From: Phoronis australis
Lineage: Eukaryota; Animalia; Phoronida
Assembly: GCA_002633005.1 (NCBI GenBank)
Contig: NMRA01000001.1
Span: 190,625 to 254,624 of the forward strand
DNA length: 64,000 nt
Direction: 5' to 3'
The notes under the pieces were generated by a model that saw only the letters and a program-made list of their open reading frames with translations, was not told the origin of the DNA and made no database searches. The translations under genes were made by a program, and so were the position numbers. Positions 13,185-26,700 of this stretch are shown here, piece after piece (position 1 is the stretch's first letter; each line of letters starts with the position of its first letter).

Positions 13185-13690
13185 ATGCCTTATGTCATTT
13201 CCAGGTTAAAGTCAAGCAGGGCGGGGGATTGCTTGTGTACCTGTAAGGCGGGTAACGGCCACTGCAGCCACGTGATAGGTCTCCTCTATACTGTGTGTCA
13301 TTTCAAGAAGATGGGCTTTAAGAGCGTTCCATCCGTCGTTGCAAAGACCTCCCTGCCCCAGGCATGGCATGTACCCCATAGGCAAGATGGGATAAGAGTA
13401 AATCCTGTTGATGTCATGGTTGTAAACAAAGTGAAGCCAGTGAAGACCAAGAAAACATATAGAAAAGTGGTAGGAGTTGCTTTACAAGTATTTTGTCCGG
13501 TGGAACAGCCAATTCCAGCTGTTACTTTCACACAGCAGCTCGTAAATAACCTTTCCTCTATTAAAAGCGACTCACAAACTCTCATTCTGCTGAGTAACTT
13601 TAGTGAACTCGAACTGTTCGTCTGACTCTAAATTTGGTCAATTACCAAGAGGAAGTGTGTTATCGTACCAACAGCCAGTGCCAGAGAAAA
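13185..13690 (+). pseudogene. SWIM zinc-finger accessory ORF fragment of ISL2EU-like element
   Basis: CLCTCKAGNGHCSH (CxC...CxH SWIM) and TSLPQAWHVP; after a frameshift near 13620, KFGQLPRGSVLSYQ; then truncated. Confidence 0.7.
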
Positions 13691-15945
13691 TTCCTTCTGA
13701 TGACCCTTTCCACGTGAATTCTTACCCTAGCTATTTCCTGAGTTTCGGTGACTTCCTTTCTGCTAAACTTTCTCTTCTCCCCCAAAAATGGTGGAATGTT
13801 CAGAGTTGCATTCCTAGCACCAACAAGATCGCTAATAAGGAAACCCTTATCGGCCATCACATCGTCACCAGCCTCAACCAACTGCACTATACCACTTAAC
13901 TTGGTGTTCTCTTTATCAGAGATGCACCCTGTGTACAAAGGGCTGACAAACGTGGGGCTTCCAAAAGGACTTATACCAACAAGACCTTTAAATGTCGTGT
14001 GGCTTTTGTAACTTGAGTAAGTCTTTAATTTTAAAACCTTTGAACTTGGTGTCTGCACCTTTATTTCAGTGCAACCCAGCATCACCCTTGGTTTGGGATA
14101 AGTCTCTTTAAAGCATGGCGGCATATTTGCATCAATCTTCGCTCGTAAACACCAAACTGGCAAAGACCCTAACATAAAATAAATATAGTTAACCCAAGTG
14201 ATCAGAGTGCGACTAACAGTAGATTCGGATACATTAAATCTTACTGCTAAATCCTGTTCAAATAATCCTTGCCTTATCCGACACAGAAATAAAAAGAACT
14301 GGTCGATCAGTTTAAGAGACTCGGATCTGAAAGCAGTATATTTTAAACCATTCGCATTTCCGCTTCGTCTTTGAACTTGAGTCCACCTTAACATTCTCTG
14401 CGCAGTTGGTTCTAACGCCAAGTAAACCGCTTTCAATGTTTCGCAGTTCTTGAACCATGTAAAAAACAGGATGTTTGTAGGGTCCGCTGAAAAACGTTCT
14501 AGGCCGAACATCTGCTGCTTCAGCATTGCATTCTCAGCAGCCAACTCCTCAATGTGCTTCATAGCACCTTCCAAAAATTCTCCGTCACTTCTTGGCTGGC
14601 AGTTGTAGTCATGGTCTTCGGATACACACGGTGTCTCAGTCACCTTCTCATCTTCTAAGTGGAAACATTCTGTGTCTCTCCCATTCAATAGCTCCACACT
14701 GAAAAAGTTAAGTTTTTGTATGACTACCAAATTCACTCTGATTAACATTCAGGACATAAGAAGTGCTGTATAGCCTGCATGCTGTCAACAGTTTTTTTCA
14801 AAGGCAGGCTTATAACAGCTTCAAATTGAGAAACTTGAGACCAGAGGGTGGTCACTGGGCTGACCTAACGCAACACATGTCCTCGTTTGGTCTTGCAGCA
14901 ACCTAGACCAGTGTTTTGGTTTGGTAAAATGGAATTTTTTAGGAAAACGAATGTTATAAGCGAGTAACCAAGATATTGCGATGGGTGGCGCACCATAAGG
15001 TGCTGGGGTGCTATTAATAAGCCCTCCACTTTTTTCAGTGCTGCGCCGCCCATGACTATACAAGCAGAATTACCACTTGTAATAAATTAAGTGCATTAAT
15101 TAAATCCTACAATATCAAGAAGCGACATCCTCAGAGCAATGCTTATTTCCAATTGTTAAATGAGAGTGAATTAAAAACAACAATACTGAATTGAAGTAAG
15201 AGTCATATAACTTAAGAACAGATAATCTCTTTGCAATACATGCAAGGAACTCTTTTTTCAGCGCTCTTCTTGCCACAGCCTTTGACCAGTCAAACTGGGT
15301 TGGGACAGTACCAGGTTTAAGTTTACGCAGTCCTGCTAATGTTTTCACCATGTCTTCTGCTTTAAAATGTTGAGAGCAAACTCTAGTGCCTTTAGTAATC
15401 TAAAACAAAGAAGAACAGATAATAATGAACAAAAACTTTGCTTAATCGATAAACAAAAAAATCATTTTTACTACAACACTTTTTAAGAACAAACACAGCC
15501 GATGGCTAAGGAATCATGTGCTTGATGTACGTGACATGAAGCCACACAACGTGACCTAGATTTGTAACCAATCCCGGGACTGAACCAAATGCCGAGTTAG
15601 CTATGCTAAGGCAAACTAAGCAATACCACACTTTACAAAAGTGCGATGAGTCGACCAAGTATGTCAGTCATGACATGACTAGTAATACAAACTAAATTTA
15701 AAGTTTTTGCGATTGTTTTGATGGTATCATTAGAGTGACGGGGCCACGAAACGCAGTGAAGCCCGCCGAGCGATTTGGGAGCTGAGCTCTACGAATCAGG
15801 CGACGACAGAAAAAAACAACTAACCTGAAAGTGGGGGGCCGATATCACGGCGAATTTTCACCACCCATTGTTTCCTGAGGTTCTCATCCGAAGTAAAATA
15901 GTGAAATAACAGTTGTTTTCCCGAGCCATAGCGTGAATCGTTGAT
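13690..15945 (-). pseudogene. THAP + HTH + DDE_Tnp_4 (Harbinger-type) transposase pseudogene
   Basis: THAP exons ~15945-15825 (LFHYFTSDENLRKQWVVKIRRD) and 15399-~15250 (RVCSQHF...LKPGTVPT). Main exon ~14698-13690 has DQFFLFLCRIRQG..DLAVRFNVSESTVSR, YSSYKSHTTFKGL, MADKGF and RIHVERVI. The first catalytic Asp is lost (LGCTE vs IDCTE); frameshift in exon 1; C-terminus missing. Confidence 0.85.
14980..15054. mobile_element. Short MITE (CATGGGCGGCGCA-type TIR) in transposase intron
   Basis: ATGGGTGGCGCA ... TGCGCCGCCCATG; related to 51024-51110 and 62939-63096. Confidence 0.55.
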
Positions 15946-16509
15946 CACACAGCCTCGTTTTCAACCCGGAGACAAGTTAGCGTGAATAGTGTCTATAGAC
16001 CCTATTCACGCCGACAGGAGGCGCGTTCCAAAACGAGGCTCGCTACGATAGCTCTGGTAGCTTATCCGCGTAGTTGTACTCCGCGTTGCTCGAACAGCTA
16101 GAAAAAATACGGACACTCTGTTTTACAATCCCTAAGGACGTTGGGATTCGGAAGCGTTGGGTCCTTGCCATACGCCGCGACGAAGGAAAATATGTCTGTA
16201 CCTGTTTTCGAGTCATAATTTGTCGCATCTCGGACTGGATGCCGCTGGCGGAGAATCTTCGGCCAGCCAGGCTGTGTTTTCATGACTATGGGTTGAAGCG
16301 CGATGCATTTTTCTTTACAAAAAGAACAGGGCCCTCAATCCCTCAATTTTGGGGCCAAATATCGGCCCTAATCCCCTCTCAAAAATATTGAAAAATCACG
16401 CGAAATTCCCGGCCAGGAGGCCTAAAAATCCCCTTTGTGATTGAAAATTTCTCTCCAACGGTTCAAACACCTGTGACTGCAGAGGTGGCAATTTGAAAAA
16501 GTACAAAAT

Positions 16510-16782
16510 CATAGGCGGATTTAGGGGGGGCAGGCCCCCCCTTGACTGCCGCAAGCAAAATAAACCAGCAAAACGTGAAGCGGGTTGAAACTAGTACTGA
16601 GTTCGAGCTAGGACCGGTAGCTGACGAGGGGGGAAAACACGTTCCGCTTTATTATTTTTTAGTGCAACGACAGATTTCAAGTTCCGGGCCGCCTGCGTGC
16701 ATACAATCGCGCTTTGCCCGCTTCTCCGAGGATGTCGGGGCCCCCCTCACTAGGCCTATATGGTATCCTAGATCAGCCACTG
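16510..16782. mobile_element. MITE with 5-bp TSD (AAAAT)
   Basis: CATAGGCGGATTTAGG ... CCTAGATCAGCCACTG, with AAAAT on both sides. Confidence 0.7.
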
Positions 16783-16980
16783 AAAATGCTACTTGAGACA
16801 GAGCTATGAGAGCTTGCAAAAGGGCGGGGTGCTATTGATGGTGATCGGGAGGTCAGTAGAGGTTTCACTGACCCGTCACTGGGCGAAACGTTCCCCTCTC
16901 AGAAGGCCGCACACTCATGAGGCACCTTCCCCTCGGATATGAACGAGGCCTCTGAAGAAACACGATAACTATGCTTGTTC

Positions 16981-17145
16981 CAGGGGTATCCAGTACTTTG
17001 AGTTGGGGGGGGGGGTGCAAGGCAGAGTATTAGCCAGGATTTTGCCCGTCAGAAATTCGCGCTCCTGAACTGCCAAATGGAATCTGGGAGAATTTTAGGG
17101 GGGGCTGGGGCATAACCCCTTGGCTCCCCTCTAAATCCGCCACTG
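16981..17145 (-). mobile_element. MITE, reverse copy of the 58662-58825 family
   Basis: The reverse complement aligns along its length with 58662-58825 (CTCCCAGATTCC..GGCAGTT..ATCCTGGCTAATACTCTG..CCAACTCAAA). Confidence 0.7.
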
Positions 17146-18610
17146 AAATTGAGCTCTAACACGAGGTTATGCTTTGGACGAAAGAATTAGGTGTTTTAAT
17201 TTTAATATTCAACGTGGTCGAGATTGATATTTGAAAAATATAATACATGAAATAGACGTAATTATTAAAACCAAGAAAGCAGAATTGATGGTCATATAAA
17301 TTTTATTTTCAATTGCGAGCCTAGTTTTTTATCGTAATCAAAATATATATTTAATAACATCAAGTATTATTTCAGATCAATGACAAATCAACTGTTAGTC
17401 CCGGTAGTGCCTACCTCACCAGGACCTAGGCTGTGCTTGAAGCTAATAGTCCTACTCTTGATCAACAAATTAAACCAGATGAGACTAATTGCACATGACA
17501 ACAAAATGCTGCGAGTCACCACTGTCGAATATATCTTCAACTCGTCAACAATACGACCAGATGACCTGGTTCGTGTAGAAAGCATTTTTTCAAGAATTTA
17601 TTAAAAGAAACGTAACCCTGCATTCAGCATGATACCTAATCCGTAACACAACGATCGCCGCAATTTGGTCATGTTTACTTTTCATGTTTTAAACCTAGTT
17701 TTCCGGAAAAAAAATATATCCTTTCGTCAGACAACTCTTTGGTGCATTGACTTGTTCTTTAACTCTATTTTTCTACGTCTCTGTGGTTAATTACTGACAC
17801 ATTTTTTAAGATTTAATATTCAGGTTGGACTCCAAAGACCGGCCATTTAACTCACGCAATGTAAATTTCCGCTTTGTTTATCGCAGTGAGCCTCGCTTTG
17901 GATTTTAATGTCCGCCGCGTGAATAGAGTCTATGGTTGATAGGGCAACAATTCACGACAGTTATTCCTGCCTGTGATGTACATTGTACAAATCATAGGCA
18001 CTATTTGCCACCTCCAGTCAATGAAGAGCTCTTTGTTTTCATTGCTGGATTTTCTTTTGACTGGTGTATATAGTACACTAGATTCACTTAGATTGGAATA
18101 TGAAGTATTCAAGTTAACAACAGTAATTGCTTTTCCACACAAAGCGTGACGCATATCCTAGATTGGCTGTTACTTCCTTTATTCAAAGGAAGGTGTACTT
18201 TATTATCATGAATTTGGCGAACGACACATGGAATCCAGAGAACTTGAAATAATTTATGGAGTCGAAACATTTCTCCACAGTAGTTTGTAGTGCTCTTTCC
18301 GGGAGAACTTTCATTTGTGCAGTTATAACATTGTTTCAATCTCATTGGATGGTAAACTTGTATCAGTTATTGACACTTGGCTTTTTATGAAACAAAAGGT
18401 TAACAATAATACAAAAGTAATTGCTTACAAATGTGTCAAATGGTGGTGAACGCTTGATGTTTTACTAAATTGAGTCACGCTCATTCTCAATTAACTCTGA
18501 CAAGGTTACGCGGTACAGTTGTTACACTGTGTTGAGCCCGTTAAATAAGTCGAATTTTGTCCCAGTTTTACTTCATGCACTGTCGAGGCTAAACGAGTGC
18601 ACCTGAGGCA

Positions 18611-18702
18611 GCTATTGCAAAATGTCACGCATAAGGCCAATGCCTTGTACATGTACATACAGCTATTGCAAAATGCCATGCATAAGGCCAAGGCCTTGCA
18701 GA
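18611..18702. repeat. Imperfect direct duplication, ~50-bp period
   Basis: GCTATTGCAAAATGYCAYGCATAAGGCCAAKGCCTTG occurs twice. Confidence 0.75.
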
Positions 18703-21681
18703 TAAAGTAATGTATTTTCTGGGAACAGTCAAATAACGGCATGCCAGTTCTCAATCCAGGAGTTTAATTGTAAAAATGAGTAAGGATGAGAATAATTTTA
18801 TAACGAAGTTGGTTTTTGACAGAAAAAGCAGATTTGGTGTTCCTTTAAAAATTCTACGTCCTTACCGGTAAGAGAGTGTTGAATATCACAGTGGACGATA
18901 TTGTAATTGTCTCAAGATGAGACGTCATCTTATTTAAACGTATTTCAGGACATACAGGAAGTCAGGAACTACATGTTTATGTTCGACACTATTATCAATA
19001 GCACACTAGAAGCAAGCAGTTTTTCCTGGTTTTAGAAAATGAATATTTAAAAGCGCCCTTTTGAATATGACCCTAGTGGCTCAAAGGAATTTTGTTAATA
19101 TATCTTAAGTGATTTAAAAACATTTCCTGTAAGTATTACTAAGAAACACGCCAAAATAGATAATGCTTATTTTGGTGACGTAACGAGTTCAAGACCACCT
19201 TCGCCATTGATGTTTTGATCAGGAGTTGTCTCGGAAGTCGTGAAGAGCCGCATTTTCAAGCATAAAAAGGTGTGTTTGGGGGGTTGTGTAATAAACAGTA
19301 ACTTGACAGGGAACATGTGTTTGTGATCTTATAGGACGAGACACTTGCACAGAAATAGCATTGCTATGTGAGTGTGGAACGTCAGATTCGGTAGGGAACC
19401 ATACTTTGTTCGGTGCATTTCAAAGACGCGTGTTTCTACCAAACACAAAAGGGACGTGGCGGTGGAGGACTCGTCACGTTGTAAGTGAATTTTCAAATTT
19501 TCCGAATATTGAACAAACTGCTCCTTTCTAAAGCGATTGAGGCCAGGCTCTCATCTCCGGCCCAGGCTCCGCTATATTCCATTACTATATGTGTGCTACC
19601 TCTTGGTGGTGCACGTAGCACTATATGCTACAGGGACTACATGTACACATTCACTACAGTACATTGTACATTGTTATGGTAATATAGTGAATACAGGGAA
19701 CCAGGCTTACTGTGGCTTTTACCAATGATTATCAAGTTTCTACTTCATAAACATTGTTCACCTTTTGGTTGAACACTGCCTGGATTCATAGGAGGGCAAC
19801 TGCTTAGTGAGCATCTACCAGTGTGACGTCACACTCCGTGCAACACCTAAGGCGACTTTAAAAACAGGCTTGTGACGTTAAGTGAGGAGATACTAGTAAA
19901 CAGCAGGTTTAGCTAAAATAAATACAGAGCTCGACCTGATGAGCTGCAGATCGCAACCTGATATTGAAGATGCCAGCTGAGGTTTTGGCCAACCATAAAA
20001 AGCGATCTTGATCGAAACTAAGAGGTCCAGTTTGGGATAGGTAAACCAACCATGTCGGAAATAAAAATGTACCACTTGTACTTTCATACAATGATAAAAG
20101 CTTATCCTGAAAATGTCATCGAACTCAGAATTATTTTTGGGATATTTCATTTTACTTAAAATTAACTCAAAAAGGATCTATTATTCTGTGTCCGTGTGCA
20201 TTATGGTTTACATGGATGAGAGTCCGATCCTAGTTTGCACTTGATGGTCCCAGCAGAAAGACTATAAATTGCGAGTAGAAAGTGTTTACTCGAAGTTATA
20301 TCTCAAATATAGGGGTCACCAAGTGCTGATTCAGACTAGAACCTCACCTGTATCATAAATGGGTGAATCACAGAATAATATACACACAGATTAGACATCG
20401 AACTCTGGGCTCATGTTCTAATCTCCCCGAACTCGAGATTATTTTTGACATTTTCTTTTCTACCTTTGTGCAAACTCAAAATAATTGTCTATTGTTCTGT
20501 ACTCGAGTTTATACTGTTCTTGCAAATGACCCCTAGACTATGAGTACTGAAAACGAAAGTAAAAACTGAAGTAAAAATTAAAAAAATGGAAATTATCGCT
20601 AAAATGCTTGGTTCTAGGATTAGACAGTCATCCACGTAAACCATAATGTACTTGAATACAGAATAAGCAACACTTATCTCAAATTCAGTCAAAAGCAGGG
20701 CGGTTAGTGTCAAAAACAATGCAGAGTACAAAAAGTAGGCCCTAAGGTCTGGTCAGTTTTATAATGTTATGCCCTAATTCTAAAATGTGTTCCCCGGCAC
20801 CATGAGACGTATTTAAAGGTGCAAAAATCTGAGCCTTCTTCAAAAATGGAATTGATTTAGGATACATACTGTTACATGATGTGTTTACTCTTCTTGCTTT
20901 CTCGCATTAAAGACGCTTTTAGTCAGACTTGAGTACAGCTGACAGGTGGTTATCGTTTCAGATCAGGCGAATTATTTTGTCTATCACGGCAGATTAGTTT
21001 GAACCACTGCTGCAACTAATTTCGTCACAAACGCTTTTGGACAGCTGCTGTGCCAAGGAAGAATTATTGATTTTGACTCCAGAACTTTGTTCGTGGTAGC
21101 TTTAATTATCCGTTTTTGTTTGGGAGCAATGAGTGAGCCAAAAAGAGAGAGCAGTTTTGGGGATATATAATCACTTCTCATGCTATTCTCCTATTTTGTA
21201 TCGTTCAGCGTATGTTGGGTGACTTGTTCAACGCAAATGTTTTTTAATTCTCTGACAGCAGAGCATCCGGAAGTTGCCCACTTCAAGTGACTGAGAGCCT
21301 GCAGTGCAGACATCCTGTTGTGTACCACTAGGATAGATTTTTGATTTTATTATTTATGAACCTTGTCATGGTAGAAAATAGGTGTGACTGTGGTTTGTGG
21401 AGGAAGCGAAGTCCTTTTTGGTCCGTAATCATAAGTTAATAACGCCGTCTTCGTTTTCGACACATGAACATTGTTTATAGCTAGTTTTAGTTTTTGTTAC
21501 ATAGTATATTATGATAAACTATCAGGCTCTCACTCTGGCCAACTTGGGAGAGAGATGCAGCATACCAGCAATTGTAAGCTTACGATGATACTTGGCCTAC
21601 CTTAAAAGCCAACGCCCCCTGCTGGTTTGGTAATTGGCCTATTATGCAGCACATCCCACAGAATTAAAGAGGCACGGAATA

Positions 21682-21845
21682 CTGGCGTGCGTTCAGTAGA
21701 CGCTAGGACCTACGCAAGGACCTACGCTAGGACCTAGCTAAAACCTACTCAAAGTCACGTGCTCTAAAATGCACGGCAATATCTCACGTAATCTCGCGAA
21801 GTCTTGCTTTTTAGCGAGGTCCTAGCGTTACTGAACGGGAGGCTG
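21682..21845. repeat. Palindromic interspersed repeat (MITE-like), copy 2
   Basis: High identity to 1365-1508, with extra internal CTAGGACCTA(CG) units. Confidence 0.75.
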
Positions 21846-23749
21846 GCTGGACTCCTCCAGTGTGTTGGTGGTAGGTCTGATTAACCACAACAGCATGAGG
21901 TCTTTGATCCGAACCGGCAATTCCTGAGGTAGGCAAACCGGTCGAGTTGCTCAATCTCGACCGGTTTGGGTGTCCACGTGGGATTCTTGTCATGAGGGAA
22001 TCGGAAATTTCAGCCGGAATTGGAAACTTTTGTTTAGTATAGGCCGATGTCGCACATATCGTGGGGGCGCCACTTAGGAAGTTCCACGAATGTTCCGGTT
22101 GGCATGAACTGGAGCTGGTCTGCTTGGAGCGGCTTCAAATTATAAACTTTGAAGATATGAAAATCTTTCTGCGGCAGGGTGTTGGTCTGAGTGAGCGAGG
22201 CCGACGTTGTGTGTTCTTGGAAAATGTTTTAACCATGATGGGAAGTGGTTACCTGGAGTGTTAATTGATTCTTTTGCACGTAATCATCCATCGGGTATTC
22301 TTTGGGAACATATTGATTCTTTGACAAACAGTATCTTACCTGGAGTGATAATAATTTACTTTGTGTCTGATCATTTATCACTTAAAATGAAGTTAACTGA
22401 AAGAGACCCGTATTCGCCCTAAAAGAGTCGGGTTCTAAGCCCTCCGACCATCGGTAGGCCACTACGTTCTGCGTCAATTGGTCAAATCAGATGTGTGTAC
22501 ACTGCTCGACAACCGACTGTCGCGTGTCTTGGCGGGTCATTGCAAGTGCCAGGCAAGGTCTGCAAGCAACAACAACCACCTCTTTGCAAGCCCAGGTTTC
22601 ATTTTTTCATCTTTGAAGCGGCAATCAGTCTAAGCAGAGAAAAATCTGAAAAACGACATGAAGTTCGAGCTCAGAAGTTAGACCCCGGGTCTATTTTTGT
22701 GAATATTTTATAGAGTGTGGCGAGAACGTTCTTCCCGTAATGGTTGTAGTAGTTCAGCACCCGGTAGGAGTAGATTTACACCTCTTTAGTTGTAAACACG
22801 CGCCATGTATTACATGTCTCCTTAACTTATTTCAGATAAACAAATTTTATTGGTTGATTCGGAGGACAACAAGGAAAACTTTAGTGATTAAAATCAGATT
22901 TTTAAGGATAGTGAAGATTTCAGGAGTAGACTGCAAGAAAATGGAAGTTTATCCCGCTGCCAACTCTTGACGCAATGTAATAAATGGCGTCAGTGTCAAA
23001 CGTCCTCCGCTTGATTTTTTGCGAAACTCACTCTGGTAGCGCATAGTTTCCTGATTCGTACTTCCAGATACGGGATTCATGTTTTCGCTCAGTGTCTCGT
23101 GTTTTCGAATGTCTGTTATAACCCGTTCAAAGGACCGTGACGTCAGAATGACTTGAAGGCAGATCAGCGGCTCAAACCGAGTGTTCACAAAGTCATCCTA
23201 TTTGCATTATACTAATGCGCGAAATGTTATACATGCAGGCCAATCACGTGCGATCACAACGAGAGTGCAGAGCCTAACGTCGAATTACATCATTGGAATG
23301 TAGGCTTCAATTGGTCTCACGGCAAGACAGTTGATGTTCAACTCTAATTTGGCCTGGTGGTACTTTAAAAAAGCAGATCAGGCGTTTGACGAGCGCTGAT
23401 GTTCGAGTTTCATTTTATAAGGAGGACCATCAGACCTTCATAGACCATCTAATCGGACGGCATGTGAGTATAACTTTACTAGTCTCGTCATTCCAAGTAT
23501 ATGTAGCCAACATTCGTTTGGTCAGTATACATAGATAGCAATTGAAGTTACCATATTCCAATTGTTCGTCTATCCTCAAGCTGTCTGGTGGTAGGCGTCC
23601 ATAGTGTTTGGAGGCAATGTTCGAGCTGGGAACATAGTCTTAATACACGGAATATAAGAGCACGTGACATGAGGACACTTGTTGGAACGTATGGCAGTGA
23701 CACCTGTTGTGATAATATGGCACCAAGTAATACATACACTTTGTTGGGT

Positions 23750-26700
23750 CTAAACGGTGTCTATAACACGCATTGTATCTGGAAGATGGTGAGTTACAAC
23801 TCGTAGTAGAAATTTTCCTTCTGTGCCTGCTAATCGGGACGTTGGAATAAACACGTAATGTCCAGTTGGAATTCGTAAGCACTGTCGTAAATGATGTCTC
23901 ACAGTCTGGACTCCAGAAGTGGCAACTAGCTCAAGATGTGTTGAATCGAGAATTTCCGATTTGCAGTCAGCGGCAGATATCTTCGGCTGGAACATAAATA
24001 ATGATTAAGTAAATCGTTTCTGAACCTGGTGAATTTTGGAGTTTTTTTATCAGTAAAAACCGTGTTCCATCGAAGAAACTAACTTTGGCCTTAACTTGTA
24101 CCTAACTCAGATGAGACGCGAGTTTTTGTCTTGCAAAGAACTGGCAGCTCAATCACGCTCCAACGATAAAATGACACGCCGTGATGAGACAACGTGTAGA
24201 CCCTGGTCTCAAGCAACACTGAATTGCCAGTTTTTGCCAAGCCCCGCAGGAATGACATTTATTTTGACTTAAAAACGATTTAAAACAGTAGTGGTCCTAT
24301 CAAAAGTTTGAAGGCGTGTTGATAGTCGCGTCAACCAAGACCTTGTGCAACAACCATTCTGTTGGCATGTAATCAGATGTTCAGGTAGCTTGAACATACT
24401 TCTCAAGTACCAAACTTAAGGACAATGCCCATCTCAATATTATTTAGTTTTATAACCAGTCAATAGATGGCGTTGCTAGTAACGAGGTAGCCTCTCTCTT
24501 GTTCCGAAATAAAATTGTCATGTCGGCAAACACGTTAATATTTTATTCGCTCTATTTCCAGCTAGTTTTGAAACAATGCCCAAGCATGCACTTCAAGGTT
24601 AAGGAATGTTAGGTTTCTGCATTTTCATAATGTCAGAAACTATAGCTTTTTGCACTTATTTGCTTCCAAGTCAAAGGCATCAGCACATACAAGCTATGAA
24701 TCATCATGTTGAATAACACCCATGGACATTTCGTCCTACCTTGTATATGTCAAGAGATACGTCGTGAAGAGAATCATTCGAAACGGACGTCACAAGTGTC
24801 AAACAAATGACGACAGCGCACGTGCTATCACTATCGTCTGCTTCCTTCAAAGTCAGGTGGTACTGTGGATTCTTCCAATAAGAATCACCTATTAACGAAT
24901 GAACAATAATACACGTCATGGTGGCATGGGATCGAGATACTAGTGAGGAGCTACATACAGCAATGCAAATCACTGACACAAGGTTCTTGTGTTCATTTAA
25001 GGCTATACAAATAAAAAATAATTAAAAATAATAATGATAACATTTTAAAACTGCACTTCTTCGGTTAAGCTGTACGAAAAAACTACCATCAAAATAAGAT
25101 AACTTGCCCCCCTCGAAGACCACCCACTCCAGAGGATTTTGGTTGTCAAAAACAATTTGGCCTCTTTTGTCAAGTAATTGTTGAGTTTATCTTTCAATTA
25201 TTGTTGAAACTAAAGCTATCCTAGTGAGGACATATTGTTGGATTGACTTGACAAAGCATATTTTTCGATGTCATGCTCAAACAATGATAGAAGGCGAAAA
25301 TTATTGGAATCATTGGCAGCACGCCAACTCTAGAAACTTATGATTGACGCCAATTTTTTTTTTCTTAAACTTTTTTTCTGAAGATGGTTGTCCATCGAAG
25401 TATTGACAGCTGACAGTCTGAGCATAACATTTCACATTTCCGTTTTTCTTGTACATGTCACGACTTTCTTCTTCTTGACGTTTTGCGAATCTGCAAAGCT
25501 TTTGGATGCAATCGGTTAAATTCATTCCATCATCCACTCAGTTCGTAAATACTTATCTACTAACAGGTTATATGTTTAGTTCAATTTCACCACTTTACGT
25601 TTTTTCCGAACTTGAACTGTGTATGCACCATTATGATGTTTCGTGAGATAGTCAGAGTGGGTCTATGATTTCCAGGTAAACGTAGAAAGATGTTGTCTAG
25701 CTCGTCAGTCGTGAACAAATGTCCAACCCGTTTTCCGCACTTCGTCGATGTGGAATGGCCTCATGACGTGTTATGATCCCAAACAAAATGTGGAACAGAT
25801 TTCAGGGATGTTTTGTTACTAATTCTTGTTTGTGCAATTGTGATCAGTCTACCACTGTCTCTAATCTTTGGCATCGGTGAAAACTTACTGTCAGGCGTTG
25901 CCTTCTCTCGTGCGCCCCCTGCCGTGTGGTTTTTCACCCAAGCACCTTCATATCTGGTCTCCATCCAAGGAAGGCAATTCTAGAGAACATATGTCGGTGT
26001 TTAAAAACAATAAAGAAAACACAACTGTCCCTTGGCAATGACTGAATTGGTCTATTTTGACAAGTGATAACAGAAGGTCTTTGGCCGTGTGTATGCTCGG
26101 AGAATTTAAATAATCATGTAGTCTCAAAAATGCAGCGTTTTTCTTGATTATATGGTTTTGTTTATCTTTATTTAGCTGTCTATTCCACGTAAGGCTTTTG
26201 TAGCTGATCAAAAGGGAGGTGTCATCCGTTAAATTCGAGCACAGGCTTTGTTTCTACGCATTGCGTCACATTTGACTGTGATGACGTGCTGGTAAGATGA
26301 TGGAGATTGTCATTCATCAAGTCAGTCACACGAAAAATTCTAAGCCACAGCTTCCAGTAGGCTCCCAAAGTTGGGGGATTGATAACTCTCCGCATCTTAC
26401 GTTCCCCATAATGCAAAATTAGCACGGTTGTGGCCGGTCAATCAAGAAATATCATTAATCATTTTTTTCACAATCCCATTTCCAAACTATAAAACGAAAT
26501 CTGGATCTCTACTTATACAGTATCCGAATTTCAATTGTTTGTTTTCTATATCGGAAATTAAATAAATGGACAATACCGTGCTAATTCACGTTCGTTATCT
26601 GTTGTTGGCGATTTGAAACATTTACCCGCCGTAGTAACTGAATGATCCCTGATGCCTACTCTGGCACCCACGTGACACAAGTAGATTCTAGTCTGTTGTG

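Larger units (their letters stand above)
13185..15994. mobile_element. Defective ISL2EU-type (PIF/Harbinger-related) DNA transposon; left end not found
   Basis: Minus-strand THAP-HTH-DDE transposase convergent with a plus-strand SWIM-finger ORF. Right terminus GCGTGAATAGTGTCT ends at 15994, followed by AT. Confidence 0.75.
15997..17931 (+). mobile_element. Non-autonomous ISL2EU-like element with decayed THAP fragment
   Basis: TIRs AGACCCTATTCACGC / GCGTGAATAGAGTCT, flanked by AT (15995-96 and 17932-33). Subterminal AAA(A/G)CGAGGCTC at both ends. THAP remnant IPKDVGIRKRWVLAIRRDEG at ~16127-16190. Confidence 0.75.

Noticed and set aside
21935-21967. 12-bp-arm hairpin AAACCGGTCGAG...CTCGACCGGTTT as a terminator
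   Set aside because: Rho-independent terminators are not relevant in this eukaryotic context and no associated gene is seen.
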